Positions 9,053 through 21,600 of a stretch of 64,000 bases of DNA are shown piece by piece. The translations under genes and the position numbers were made by a program. The notes beneath the pieces were generated by a model. It was not told the origin of the DNA. It was given only the letters and a program-made list of their open reading frames with translations, and did no database searches. The stretch covers positions 1,798,001 to 1,862,000 of the forward strand of contig OZ374564.1 of the NCBI GenBank assembly GCA_977862235.1, given 5' to 3'. Positions within the stretch are counted from its first letter, which is position 1, and the number at the start of each line of letters is the position of its first letter. The DNA comes from Dudresnaya verticillata. Its lineage: Eukaryota.

Positions 9053-11199
9053 CTGGTTGCCGTAGATGTTTCCAACTGGTTGCGTTAAGCTGATGAGAAC
9101 GGGATAAGCGTTGCGGTTTCCACGAAGAGCACTTCGGGTTTACAACAATATGTCCGTAGTCAGGTCAGTGGTCACAGCATTGAAAGACAGGCCTGTCTTC
9201 CGGATATATCATGCCGGTTTCCAGCTTTAACCTGGAAACGAAGTTTGTCCCCATGACTAACAGCCTCACGTACGGTTTTAACTTTGCCGGAAAGATAGTT
9301 AGAGCCCTGTACCATTGGTGGTGCCCTGATACATTCCGCTAGATTACATGAAGTTACAAATCACTGCAGGGTTCTATTGGTCGTCGGTAAATATATCGAC
9401 GTATTGTGTGGTAGGGGTGTTCACCCTAAGTTCGTACTTTCTCAGAAAATATTTGGAAGGCAGTGCTAACCGTCCAACCGTACAGTGATTCCGATTCACA
9501 GCTGCCCTACTAGGGTATCTAAACGATGCTCAAGGCGGGTAAGAAATGGGCATACGAAATAGTTCCACAACGTGGAGGGGAAATTGGAAGTACGTGTGCC
9601 TGCGTAGGCACACTCCCTTGGACTGGGGGTGATGTGGACGATTCGCAAATGTACAGTCATTCCGATTGTAAGAACATGAACGTGTTCCTCAGAAACGATA
9701 GGAATAACCTCGGGTTTTAGAATTGGCAAGAGGCTACTGTCCGCCCTCACAGAGTCGTTTAACATTGACATTTCCTGAAACCTGCGCCTCCACCCTGCAG
9801 ATATGGTCATCATAAGACCACTGTAGCACCGAAACAAACTGATGATCACAATCTGCCATCGGATGCCAGGACAAACGTAAGTATGCGTGTTACCCAATGA
9901 TACAAGTAATATCAAGGTCAGGGAAATGATTAATACCATACGTGAGACCATAATACAGCCTGTACCAGTGTATCCAAGTGATCCCTGTAAATACGTTCCA
10001 GAATTGTGCACAGGTCAACATGTCCTCGTTCTAGCAATACAGAAAAGCCCTATTCTGCGGAGGTTCAGACAGTCTGATCTGCGGTTCCACCTAATATCTG
10101 GGCGGTGTATGTGAACTATGCAGCAAGTTGAGGCTGCATTTTTGCAGGGTCCTCATACTGCTGCCGGTATAAGTGCTTGGGTACAGTACGGTCATTCTGA
10201 TTACCGGAATTTGAACGTGTCCAATCGAAGATATATCCCTACTTGTATACAGAGAATGCCTAAGACTCGTACACAGCAAGAGCCATTAGCTACAAGTGTT
10301 ACTTTCCGTTTAAAAGCACGCAATAGTTGCATTTAACAGATCTCCTCGACGGTACTGAGGAACAGAAATACGGCTGTACACACAGAGAAGATGATTTCTT
10401 GCCGAAGTGTAGTCATTCCTATTACTATCGACATGCTCATTGACCTCCCGGTGTTGCCGGACGACATACAGTCCGGTTTCTGCGTATTTCATGACCTCAT
10501 GCGCTTTGAATTGAGGCGTCATTGGCAGAGCAGCACCGCCGCCTTAATGGTAACTCTTTGCAATTTTCGGAACGCATAATTCGATCCTTGGAGGTGAAAG
10601 ATGAAGAAAGAGTCATGGAACAGAACCGTGCTCGGGAGTTTGAGGTCGTTATGGGTCAATACGATCATGACCAGAACATGCTCACAGTGGTATACCGTGG
10701 GGTATGAAGAAGCTTGATTACGTATCGGGGGATTCTTTCTCCGGATCCGAAGCTCATGAAATCGATACCGTCTTGGTCGAGGCTATTCGCCTCGCAAGCG
10801 AGCCAGTACGGGATATGGAGCGAATGTGCCGCCTTCTCCTGACTTGGCATTTCGCCAAAACTAACGCAGAAGGGACTGTGGAGGTAAAGGAGGCAAGAGT
10901 GGCCCGTGCGGAGCATGACGTGCGCTTCATGTATAAGAAAGCTTCGTCGTGCAAGTCTGTTTAATATCGACCAAGGATGAAGTCGACCAATCAATCTGAT
11001 TGCGTAGCAAGGAGTAGTAATTGGAGACGCGCGTCGGTCTTGACTACGTGTGCTTATGGCCGTACCTTTCGTCGTCGGTAATGTTAGAAACGAAAAGACT
11101 TCGACGGTTGTATTCTTGACGAGCGACGTAATACGAATTACGCTCCTGGCGGCTTTTGAATTTGCCATGTCCCCGCGAGAGTACTTCCTGCACAATAGC

Positions 11200-12009
11200 T
11201 GTGTCGGGATTTGACATCAGCTTCTTTTCCTCTCTCTACTGAATATCAACTAGGAAGGCCTTGAAACCTCCAACTCGTTCCGTTTATCCGCAGTTCTTTG
11301 CATTTGCCTGTCCATGAACGCGTTCCATAAATGTAGGAAAAACAGACCGGTCGAATAGTCTGATTCACAGTGCCTCAAGGCCGGTGAACCGCTTGCCTTC
11401 GGAGATGCAGTTGTCAATTAATGCGAGTAAGTTGGACTCACCAATGCGGCGGACCATATCTTTGTCAGTTTCCTCTGTTCTGCGCAGGGCATTGAAATCC
11501 AGACACGACAGATCCTGGCTCTTCCCAAGCAGTTCATCACTGACTTCTCGTACAGGCTCCCTAGGTACGAGGTCAGACATCTTCCCCTTACGTACGAGGA
11601 TGTGCGTTTGGACTCCCACAGGGGGTAGTACATGAGCGGAGGATTTCTGCATCAGGACTTTGGATCGCTATTGTTCCGCTGGGCTACATACCGTGTACTT
11701 TTTGTACCTAAATACAAGATTGGATTCATCATGCCTGCCACGTCGAATGTTCAGACACGCGAAGTTTAACCCACTATCCTCTCGAAACCGGGACCAGCAA
11801 ATTGATTCCTTCTTCGCCACGTATTCGGGGCAGTTAATGCTGCACATGTTGATATCGACGCTTGTTTCAATACATGTGCGAGCCCGAGCCCTGTATTGTG
11901 GAAGGGGAGTATGCGACGGAAAAATAGAGTTATCAATAGTGGTATCAGAACGACCTATCTGGGTTCTCGTCTTCATTTCAGCAACCTCGGCTGATGGTAT
12001 CCCTCCCAA
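11200..12009 (-). pseudogene. Element-encoded gene of unknown function ('LFDRSVF' family), disrupted
   Basis: Reading through the stop at 11365 gives ...CISEGKRFTGLEAL*IRLFDRSVF, homologous to ...GTEIIGLETLGIKLFDRSVF at 18082-18632. The upstream helical segments also align. Confidence 0.55.
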
Positions 12010-13347
12010 CTGTACTCAGACCCGTTCAGGCATTACGAAACGAGCTGGGCACAATTATGCTTTAAGACCCACTGAGACGCATGGCACAGGAAGTAGACAA
12101 CCAAGATGCGGCAATTGCCAATGCACCTAGGTGCATTGGCAATTGCCGCATGTATTATATCCTTTTCATGAAGAGGCTATCTACGCCTTGCAGGCAGCAC
12201 CATACCTGGACCAGGAACCCGCAATGGCAGCTGACGAGTCAGTGTGAAGTGGGTCAACAAATGTCGCCAAGAGCGGAAACATGTCCCTTTCATGAGCACG
12301 TCCTGCTCATTTAACACCGTAGATTGTCAGTGCTTCAGTTATCGAGTACACTGAATGTTATTAACCCTGACGCATCTGGGGAGCAGGGTCGTGGGAGTTT
12401 GGACGCTATTCTCAACCGCAATGGTGGTGGACTGGAAGCGATCCCCCTGAAGGTTAAATGAGCTTACCAAACGCCGCATTTACTTTCCCCCAATGGAGCT
12501 TGCGAAATTGCCTCAATGGATGGGCCTACGGGCATGGTTGGAACGGGGAACCTTTGGGGTGTCGACAACGCAATCGGTCGCGCGCGTGGTTAACCGGGAA
12601 ACAGCTGCAGGCTTATACATTTTATTACCATTGCCTAACGAACTACGTAGTGTTGGGTGCGTGTCATGGAATGGCCATACTTTTGTCTGCGAGTTGTCAT
12701 AAAATCGGCATGTGGCGTCCCATCGTAGAGAAATACGGGCGGGCGGATCGTGCAGCGCGGTCGGGGAGCGACGGGCAGGGCGCGCTGACGAGGTGACGGC
12801 AGCGGGATCCACGGTGTGCACGAGGGTGGGCAACCGCGACAGCAGGTTTTGCCCAAGGAGTTGTGCGTCGCGGGGCGGGGCGGGGGGGCGGGTGACGAGG
12901 CAGTCTGTATGCGGTCGCGTACGGATTTGTGCACAGACGCGCACAGCACAGTGCACCCGTTGCACCAGAACGCCGAAAACTGGTGACGGGGTAGTCTGCA
13001 GGCGGCGCCGAGCACGCGCGGGGAGGGCCAGATGGGCGATGCGGCGCGCCTGCAGCGCGCGCGGCGAGGGGCATGCTGCGGGCCGGCAATTTCCAATTTG
13101 GCCCAGTGCGGACCGCGGAGTGGGCCGCGCGGGCCAAATCGACGCCAGTAAATTGAAATTCAGAATACCTCGAAATATTTTGGGTAAATTCACGCAAACC
13201 GCCATAAATTTCGAAGGAATGGTCCGTTAGCCAATCGGATTTCACCACCGTACTCAGGGGACGCTCCCCTTTCCAACCATACTAGAAAATAGGTATTCGA
13301 CTCCAGTCTGTTTCGAAAGTCGTATTCTGAAATCGCTCAAATGCGTG

Positions 13348-16300
13348 TTGACGGAGCACTACATCGACTTGCTTCCCGGCTCTCGCCGGATCCCCTCTCC
13401 ACCTTATCGCGCTGGGCCGTAACAACGGCAGCACGCGCAAGCGGAAGTCGATCGCATGTTGCGTCAAGGGGTAATCGAACCGGCACAATCGCGTTAGGCG
13501 TCGCCAGTCGTCTTCGCCCCAAATAAGGACGGAACTCTTTGCTTTTGCGTACATTATCGTCGGCTGAACGTAGTAACCATACGGATATATATCCGTTACC
13601 ACGGATTGACAAATCCATCGACAGTCTAGGAGATGCCAACGTATTCACCACCCTAGACTGTAATGGCAGATACTGGCAAGTGCCAATTGCTCCGCGGGAT
13701 CGCGACAAGACGGCCTTCACGTGCCACGCCGGCCTCTTTGGCTATAAGCGTATACATTTCTGTTTGCCCGACGCGCCGGCCATGTTTCATCGGACTTTCG
13801 AGATATTACTCGCTGGGTATAAGTGGCGTTCGTGCCTCGTCTATTTGGACGACGTTATCATATTTTCAAAGGACGTTGATACACAATTCCGTCACGTTGA
13901 CGAGATACTGTCCATGTTGCACCGTGCCGGGGTGGCTTTGAAGCTGACCAAGTGCGACTTCTTAACCCCAACGGTCAACTGTTTGGGAAATGTGATACAT
14001 ACAGGACTATTGGAAGTCGACCGAACGGTTACCGCCGCGTTGCGCGAAGCCAAGCACCCACGGGACCAGAAGACGTTACGCAGTTTCCTCGGGCTGTGTA
14101 ACGTCAGTAGACGATTAGTATCGCGTTACGCGCATGTTGCTGCTCCCCACAAGACGTTGCTCCGAAAGTAGCAAGAGTTCACACTACCGTCCTTTGACGA
14201 AGTACAATTGGCCGCGTTCGACACCTTCATCGAGGCCGTAACCAGTCCGTCCGTGTTGGCGCTACTACAGCCAGGCTTGCACTATTCCGTCGATTATAAC
14301 GCTCGCGAATACCAAGTTGGGTGCGCCCTCTTTCAGGCGCAACCCAATGGGGAACAGAAGCCGCTCGGGTTCTGTTCGCGTTCGCTCACCGCTCCGGGCC
14401 GTAATTATTCCGTCTCTGAGAAGGAGTGCCTGGCGGTATTGTGGTCAGTTACAACGTTGCGTCCGTATCTCCAGATGGAGTCATTCACCTTGCACACGGA
14501 CCAATCTTCGCTGAGGTGGGTGGTGGAAATCAGCGAACCTCGGGACGTTTGATGAGATGGCGACTTCGCCTCTCGGAATTCGACTTCGTCGTTAAGTACA
14601 ACAAGGGTTACTGTACCAACCAGGCTAATGCCCTTTCACGTCTGCAGACGAATGGGTAAGCGGTTGAACCGATCGACGACGATGTGCCGTGCTACCATGG
14701 GGAACACGTCGAGGAAGAACACCAGGCGTCGAGTGACAGTGCGATTAACGTCGAAGGCGAAGTCGGCTTTTTGGAACGCGCGTTTGAAGAGTTCGACCGA
14801 CTACTTGTCGAAAAAGGGCCTCCAACGGATGAAGTACTCCTGCGTCAAGTAACGAACGAGGAACTGATCCATACCCAAGCCAACGATGAGGACTGTTCCG
14901 GGATTCTGAGGCGTCTCGATGAAGGTGAATTGATACCATTCGCAATGGACGAGCAGGGATGACTTAGACGAACTGTGGAGGTCCGACCGCAAGCCCTCGT
15001 GCCCTTCGCGTTACGCATTGGCCTCCTGCACCTCAGGCATTACGATATGTTAGCGGCACACCCGGAGGGAGGAAAATGTATCAGACGCTTCGAGCGCGTT
15101 CTATTGGCCGTCAATGACGATAGATTGTTACGCAACCGTTCGCAACTGCGTTACCTGTGCGAAGGACCGCGTCCTGTTGCGAAAGAACGTGAAAGAGATG
15201 AAGCTGTTCCCGGCTAGCGAGCTGCTCGAGGTCGTTTCTATCGACATCCTCGGAGAACGCATACGTACTAAACGGGAAACAAGTTCCTCCTTTTCATCGT
15301 CGATCGCTTTTCGAAGCTGATCAGGACGGTACCTCTACGTACAAATACGGCTCTGGAAATCGCAAAAGCGTTCTTTCGACATTTGGTATTCGGGTATGGT
15401 CCGCCAAAGCGCCTACTGTCAGATAACCGGCCACAGTTTGTCGTCAAACTATTCCAGGACATCTGTCGTCTACTAGGTGTCGGGAATCTCTTCACCACTA
15501 CGTATCACCCTCAGTGCAACGGACAGGGGGAACGGCTTAACCGGACGATACTCGCATCGTTACATTGCTACGTGGCAGACCACCCTCGGGACTGGGACCT
15601 GTTCACGGATGCGTTGAATTTCGGTTACAACACGCAGATCCACTCATCAACCCAGTTGTTGCCGTTAGATTTGGTACTGTCCCGACCACCAATCCCTTTA
15701 TCGGTTCAAGCGGAACTGTCGCTGGAAAGCATTCCAACCGGCGGTCAATACTACACGAAGTGGAGGGCATGGTTGACCGAGTTGATGAGCACTGCGACGC
15801 CGACGTTGGCACAAACGCAAGCACACTACAAGCGGGACTTAGACGCTCGACTACGGAAATCCGCCGAGAAAATTGTCGCTGGGGATTTAGTATTTATTCG
15901 CAAGGACTGTTTCGCCAGGGGCGGCTAGAGGGATCAAGCGGAGCGCAAGCATAAGTTAGCGCCGGTAGCGGATGGACCTTACAGAGTGATCTGCGTCAAC
16001 GACGGTACAGTAACCGTCGACAAGGGACGCAACGAACACGAACGGCTATCAAGGAAGCCCGTCGTTTGGGCACCGACCCCTCCGGGTCATGTACCAATCA
16101 GTACCACGCAGCCGCGGATCAGCAGTCCGATGGGCCGCCGCCTGCCTAAGAATTCGTCAACAATGAAACGGACGTTGCTACCGCTAAAACCCCAAACGGG
16201 GGTGACCGACAGACGCGTGGAGACCGCTCGTCGCAGGCATCCGTTCGCGGCCTTGGCGAATTAGCTCCGCTTGCGGCTGGCCCCGGTAGTGAGTCGTCAC

Positions 16301-16533
16301 ATTCCGTCTCAGACGATGGTCAACCGCAGGGCGTCTGTACTAGGTTCGGCGTCGCTAGGCATACGCCGGCCACACCGTAGGCTGATCCAACTCAAAGCGT
16401 CCCCGATGTGACCAAGGCCACGCCAGGGACGGTAGGAAGCAAAGATCAAACTCCGACTGGGCCGGCGAATCGAACGCCAAAAGCAAGCCCGTCTCCGGCC
16501 GAGGGAGTTCGCTTTGCGATACGGGACGTTAAA
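13348..16533 (+). mobile_element. Ty3/Gypsy LTR-retrotransposon pol fragment (RT-RNaseH-integrase), dead and truncated at both ends by CAC-terminated elements
   Basis: TEHYIDL..SPPYRAG, YPLPRID..LDCNGRYWQ, YLDDVIIF, RNaseH NYSVSEKECLAV..HTDQ, integrase HHCC (H..AAHP..CVTC) and SIDILG / SDN / GQGERLN. Many stops and frameshifts. Confidence 0.95.
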
Positions 16534-17561
16534 CACAGGTTTCCCGCGTTTCAGAATTTACTTTCAAAAACAGACTGAAATAAAAGCCTTCCAAAGTACA
16601 TGCGTTGGAAAGGGAGCGTCCCGTGAGCACGCTGGTGCAAACGGAGTAGAGAACTAAGCAGTAGTTCCCGAGTTATGTTGGTTGGCGTGCTAACCCGGCA
16701 GTGAGTCTGAAATAATTAATTTTGTTTTTAATTTCTGAGACTTTTTAATTCTGATTTTGAGGTAACCTAGGCTAGTTCCACGGGCCCTTCACCGCGCAGT
16801 ATACGCTGTCCCAACAGTGCAGAACTACTCGTCAGTTCAATGCCGCTCTCCCCATGACATGCAGAGTACTGCAGCACTGCCATGAATTCCCTTCCCGGAC
16901 TCAATCCGGTACAACTTCGGGCATTCGTCAGCCGGCAACTGCACGCTACACTCTCTACTTCTATGCACTCTCTGCTCTTCCCTAGGCTTCAGTACTTGCT
17001 CTGCGCAGTCGCACTCGCCCGCTACACTCTCCCTCCGCACCGACACATCGGCTCGTTGTCCTTCGCGACAACCAAAAACCCCACCCAAGTATTGTAATCC
17101 CTGTTTCACCAACGTTACAGCATGTGCTGTACAGTGCGACGGCATTCATGTAGCGCTCCTCCCAGTGCATACCGTCCTCTCCGTCGACCTACTCCGTGTG
17201 GTTTGGACTGGGCTCCGGTACTGAATTTTTTCCCACATCGCCGTGAATTCGCCGTGGTCATAAGTTGGATCTCGTTCCCCGCTCCGGACACCTCGTACTT
17301 CACACTTGCAGTTCCCTACACATGTAGCGAGCTGCAGCTCGCCAGACACCCCGGTCAAAACCACAAACACCAATTTCTAGTCATGCACTTGAACCAACTT
17401 CGAAAGTGCACTCAAAGATATCTCCCATAGTAGTCCGCACCACGATTCCTTACTTGCGCCCGTTCCCCTCTTCAATCGCCTCAGCATGATAGACATAAAC
17501 AACCGCTCCCGTACTCACTTTATCTGTAACTAACTCTCCTCAACTACCTTTACCCTAAACC

Positions 17562-17831
17562 TCAGTCCGCTTCAGACTCCGGGTCTTCTTCATCGACCTC
17601 CACCGCCCACCGCCCTAAGAAAACTAGTATTCCCTCCAGCACCACGTTCACCGCCTCCCTAACTACGACAGCATCCGCAATCATGACCCGTGCCCATCCC
17701 AACAAGTCCAAACGAAGCCATATGGCGTCACTGGTATGACGCCTGGCTCGTGCCCGAGCTTCTTCTAGCTCGGCGCGCAGTCTCCGTACCCTCAGCACCA
17801 ACGCTTCCGGTGCTTTATCGCAACTCTCCAT
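17562..17831 (-). CDS. Small coiled-coil protein with acidic tail (element B cargo)
   Basis: LVLRVRRLRAELEEARARARR...FLGRWAVEVDEEDPESEAD. Same architecture as 5320-5598 and 5624-5947. Confidence 0.45.
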   Translation of the reverse strand: MESCDKAPEALVLRVRRLRAELEEARARARRHTSDAIWLRLDLLGWARVMIADAVVVREAVNVVLEGILVFLGRWAVEVDEEDPESEAD

Positions 17832-18081
17832 CTAAGTCGTCTCCAACAACCCTCAAACCGGCACTGTAACACTCCCATTTATAGACGGAACCGGGCACCA
17901 TTCTGAAGTTTAGTTGATCTCGTTTACACCAACTCTGCACATATTTTCCCTATTGCGACACCGCTACAACGTCGGGAATCGTTAGCATGCAAACCGTTCT
18001 TGGTGCGTAGTTTTTATTCTTTTAGCGGACGCGGCGAATCCCAATCGATGGGAGTACCTGGTGGAGAAATGTTCACAATGT

Positions 18082-18632
18082 TCATCCTTGAGATTCTGCG
18101 CTTCTCTTCATGGACTTTGCGAACTGCTTCTCATACTTCCTACGTTCTCGTGCCGACAAGTTATCCATGTCTATAAGCAGAGGGTTGGGAGCCATCTCAC
18201 GCAGCTTCTGCATTCCTCTCTCCCTTGCATCCCTAAGGAAGTTGCTCAATGCGAAATATTGCCCGCGCCCTGCCACACTGTATTGCCCTTCTTTCCCTAT
18301 TACATCCCTCATAAAACTCTTGAATACCGACCTGTCAAAGAGCTTTATGCCCAGAGTTTCTAGACCGATTATTTCCGTCCCTCGCTGCTGAAGTATATCA
18401 ATATACTCTCCAATCTTGCCACTCTGAACCGTTTCATGATGTCCTTCGCACACTCCCCGTCCTTGCACAAGTCGGCTACATTCAGGGACTCCATTTTCTG
18501 GCCCACTTCCACCATATCAAACGTTGCTTCCTGCAGCTCTGTCAGACATTGACGGTGTGCAGCCCGGTTTCTGTGCTCCATTCTGTTCTGTTCGATAGTG
18601 ACATTCATGTGCCATGCACGATTCAAGTTCAA
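18082..18632 (-). pseudogene. LFDRSVF-family element gene, frameshifted and 5'-truncated
   Basis: Overlapping ORFs 18369-18632 and 18082-18468 join into one protein homologous to 11200-11652. Confidence 0.55.
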
Positions 18633-21600
18633 TGGCTCAGCAACTTGTTGAGGGGGGCAGCGACATGCGCGTATCGCGAGACGAACCGTCTGTAGACGTT
18701 ACAAAGACCGAGGAAGCTCCGTAGCTCCTTCTGATCCCGTGGATGCTTGGCTTCGCATAGCACGGCAGTGACAGTGCGGTCAACTTCTAACCGTCCTGGA
18801 CGTATGGCGTGACCCAAGCAGTTGACGGTCGGGGTGTAGAAGTCACACTTGGTCAACTTCAGAGTCACCCCGGCGCGGTGCAATGTCGAAAGGATCTCGT
18901 CAACATGACGGAAGTGACTGTCGATGTCGCTGGAGAAGATTATTACGCCGTCGAGGTAGACGAGACACGAACGCTATTTGTAACCAGCGAGCAGTATGTC
19001 CAACGTTCGTTGAAACGTAGCGGGTGCGTTCGTGAGACCGAATGGAATACGCTTATAGCGGAACAGTCCGGCGTGGCACGTGAAAGCGGTCTTATCGCGG
19101 TCTCGCGGATTGATCGGCACCTGCCAGTACCCACTGTTACAGTCTAGGGTGGTGAAGCGCGGCAGCGGGTACGTATCCCGTACGGTTACTGCGTTTAAAC
19201 GGAGGTAGTCTACGCAAAAGCGGAGGGTCCCGTCCTTCTTGGGGGCGAAGACCACTGGTGACGCCCACGGAGATTGTGCGGGTTCGATGACCCCTTGACG
19301 CAGCATGCGGTCCACTTCCGCTAGAGCGAGTTGTCTTTGCTTCGGCCCCGCTCGGTAAGGCGGGGACGATATCGGTCTAGAGCCGGGACGCAGGTCGATG
19401 TAGTGCTCCGTGGTTGAGATTTCTCCCAACGAACCGTCCCACATAGACGAATACTTGCGTAACATCTCCTTAAACCAACCTTGATGCTCGGCGGGGAGAT
19501 GTCCCAGGTCCAAATCGTCTACTGACGGAGACTTGGCAGTGGTTGCCTTGATGGACGTCGTGAAAGTATCCGGCTTTGCCGTATTATTATCGGTCGTTTG
19601 AAAACGTAAATCTTGGTTTGCCTTCTCCGCATCGGCCTGTTCCTCTGTGAGGCCCAAAACATCGGCTAGACTTACGTGACTGGGGAACACTGCTGTCGGC
19701 TGTGGTAACGCCGTCGCGACGACTTGGCCCTTGGCCAGCGCCTGCGGGCGGGGAGAGAAGTTGGCAACCAGGATGCGAAACGCTTTTAGCGGCTCCACTT
19801 GAGCAATCCCGTTCGTAGCGGCCAGACCTTGTTTGTCGTACAGCGTTCCGAACGGTTGAATTGTGATGACGCCGGCGCGCTCGGTGGTCATTGATACCCA
19901 TTGCTGCGCCTTAGGCGGGATGATCGCGTGCTCGGTTACTCGTATCTTGGGCGACGTCCTTCCTTCGGCCTTGCCGTATTCCTGTTCCGTTGGTAACGGA
20001 GGATACGACGGGGGTCGGCGCAGGGGGCGGCGCGTTATAGGGACACGAGTCCCGTCGTCCAATTCGACCTCGCGACTTCGCGGATATATTGCTTCGACAA
20101 AACGGTCGCAAAAGTCGCAGCCGAGTATAACCGGCGCAGCGAGTCGGTCGCAAACGATCAGTTCCAACTTGACGACTCGCCGTCCCAGACGAACGACCAG
20201 GTCGATGGTGCCTCTTGTCTGGATCGCCTTATTGTTGGCGTCGGCTATGACGGGGAGGCTTTTTGCCGTGATGCGTGATCGGGAATATCGTCAATGCGAA
20301 TGAAATTCGGACCGGCCCCCGTGTCGAGGACAGTAAGTTTATGTACCAAGGTACTAATGGTTGCGCCCAAGTCGGCGTACACTTTGTAGTTCCTTTTGGC
20401 CATTACAAACAACTGCCCCCGCGCCTGGGGGGCTGGTACCTTCGCCATCGGCGTTTTAATGACGTCTGTGACGACTCTATCCGCCCGCTGGCGTCATCAG
20501 TAACTAACTTCGGGCCCTCCTTCCGTGTCAGCACCCGAGGCTTAGGCCTCTCTTCGCGGTGTGACGCCCCAGTGTCAGGATTCGGTGCCGAGTTATTTTT
20601 TCGCCTGCGGCGGTGGTTGTGGCGCTACGCAGCGATTGATCATCGTCGGATGACGTTCTGCCGCGTGCGATATGGGTCCGCCTCTTGGCGATTGTGGTCG
20701 TGCAGCACGGCGAGCAGCGTCGCGGATCGCGCGTTCCTTGCAACGGACATACGCATCAGCGGGGACACCAGCCTTCTCGGCTTCGGTTAGTCCTTCATAG
20801 TTGGTAATAACCTTCATGAAGTCGCTCATGCGGAGGAAGCAGTCCGGCGCGATGTGTCCACGAGCGTAACATTGGTGGCATACCAGCTACCGACGCGCGT
20901 CTTGACGGGGCGGACCTCTGTCCTGCCATCCGGGCCCTGCTCGGTGAACGTGAGGGGTATACTCGGAATAGGGAACGCCTGGTGCGGGTACTACCGAGCG
21001 CCCAAAGACGAGAGCGGGGTCCATATCCCTTGCGTCTTCGTCATCGACGTAGCTGTCCATCGGTAAAACCGAAGTTGGCACCGACGCTTGCTCGTCTGCC
21101 AAGTATAGATCGCCATCGGCGTGTGTTTCCATGTCATCGACAGGGCGGCTAGCATCTCGGAACTCGACGGAGGACTCCGCTATTATAGCGCGCGCTCCAG
21201 GCTTCGCGCCTCTCGTCTGTGGACGCAGCACACCTCGGGCATCGCCGATGGCGGGTCGCGACGTGCGTACGGCTTGAGCGTGTCAGTATGTATCGTAGTG
21301 CTAACGCGGAACCGGCCCTGCCGTGTCGTGCGCGGTTGGCATCCCCTTCATCCTGTACGAAGTGGATCAGTCGCTCAAATGACAACTCCGCCCTCGGCAT
21401 TTCTTCTCGGAAGCGAGCGACCAGGGACCTGATGGATGGGTCTAACCGGTCGATGTACAGCGTCATCTTTTCCAAATCTGGATATACGTTACCGCAACGA
21501 ATACACGCACCGGCTAGCCGCATCCCATAGGTCGTCTCGTCCTCGCCTTGCTTCTGGACGGTCGACCGTAGGTCGAGGACAGCGTCCCTGATCGCCGCTG

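Larger units (their letters stand above)
4750..13347 (-). mobile_element. CACTA/EnSpm-like (CMC superfamily) DNA element A, decayed; right terminus defined, left terminus uncertain; carries ParB-MTase and small ORFs
   Basis: Reverse complement of 13347 inward reads CACGCATTTGAGCGATTTCAGAATACGACTTTCGAAACAGACTG...GTTGGAAAGGGGAGCGTCCCCTGAGTACGGTGGTG. This aligns over ~105 bp with the CAC-starting terminus at 16534 and abuts Gypsy pol exactly at 13348. It shares a gene family with element B. No transposase was recognised. Confidence 0.6.
16534..18632 (-). mobile_element. CACTA/EnSpm-like DNA element B, left-end fragment related to element A
   Basis: Begins CACAGGTTTCCCGCGTTTCAGAATTTACTTTCAAAAACAGACTG...GTTGGAAAGGGAGCGTCCCGTGAGCACGCTGGTG, the inverted counterpart of 13243-13347. 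Contains an LFDRSVF-family gene and a small coiled-coil/acidic-tail ORF. Joins directly to Gypsy RT at ~18632. Confidence 0.6.

Noticed and set aside
13243..16638. Gypsy pol as cargo of one TIR element (inverted repeats flank it)
   Set aside because: The CAC/GTG ends abut the Gypsy and the conserved blocks extend away from it. The Gypsy is therefore target DNA between two separate elements.
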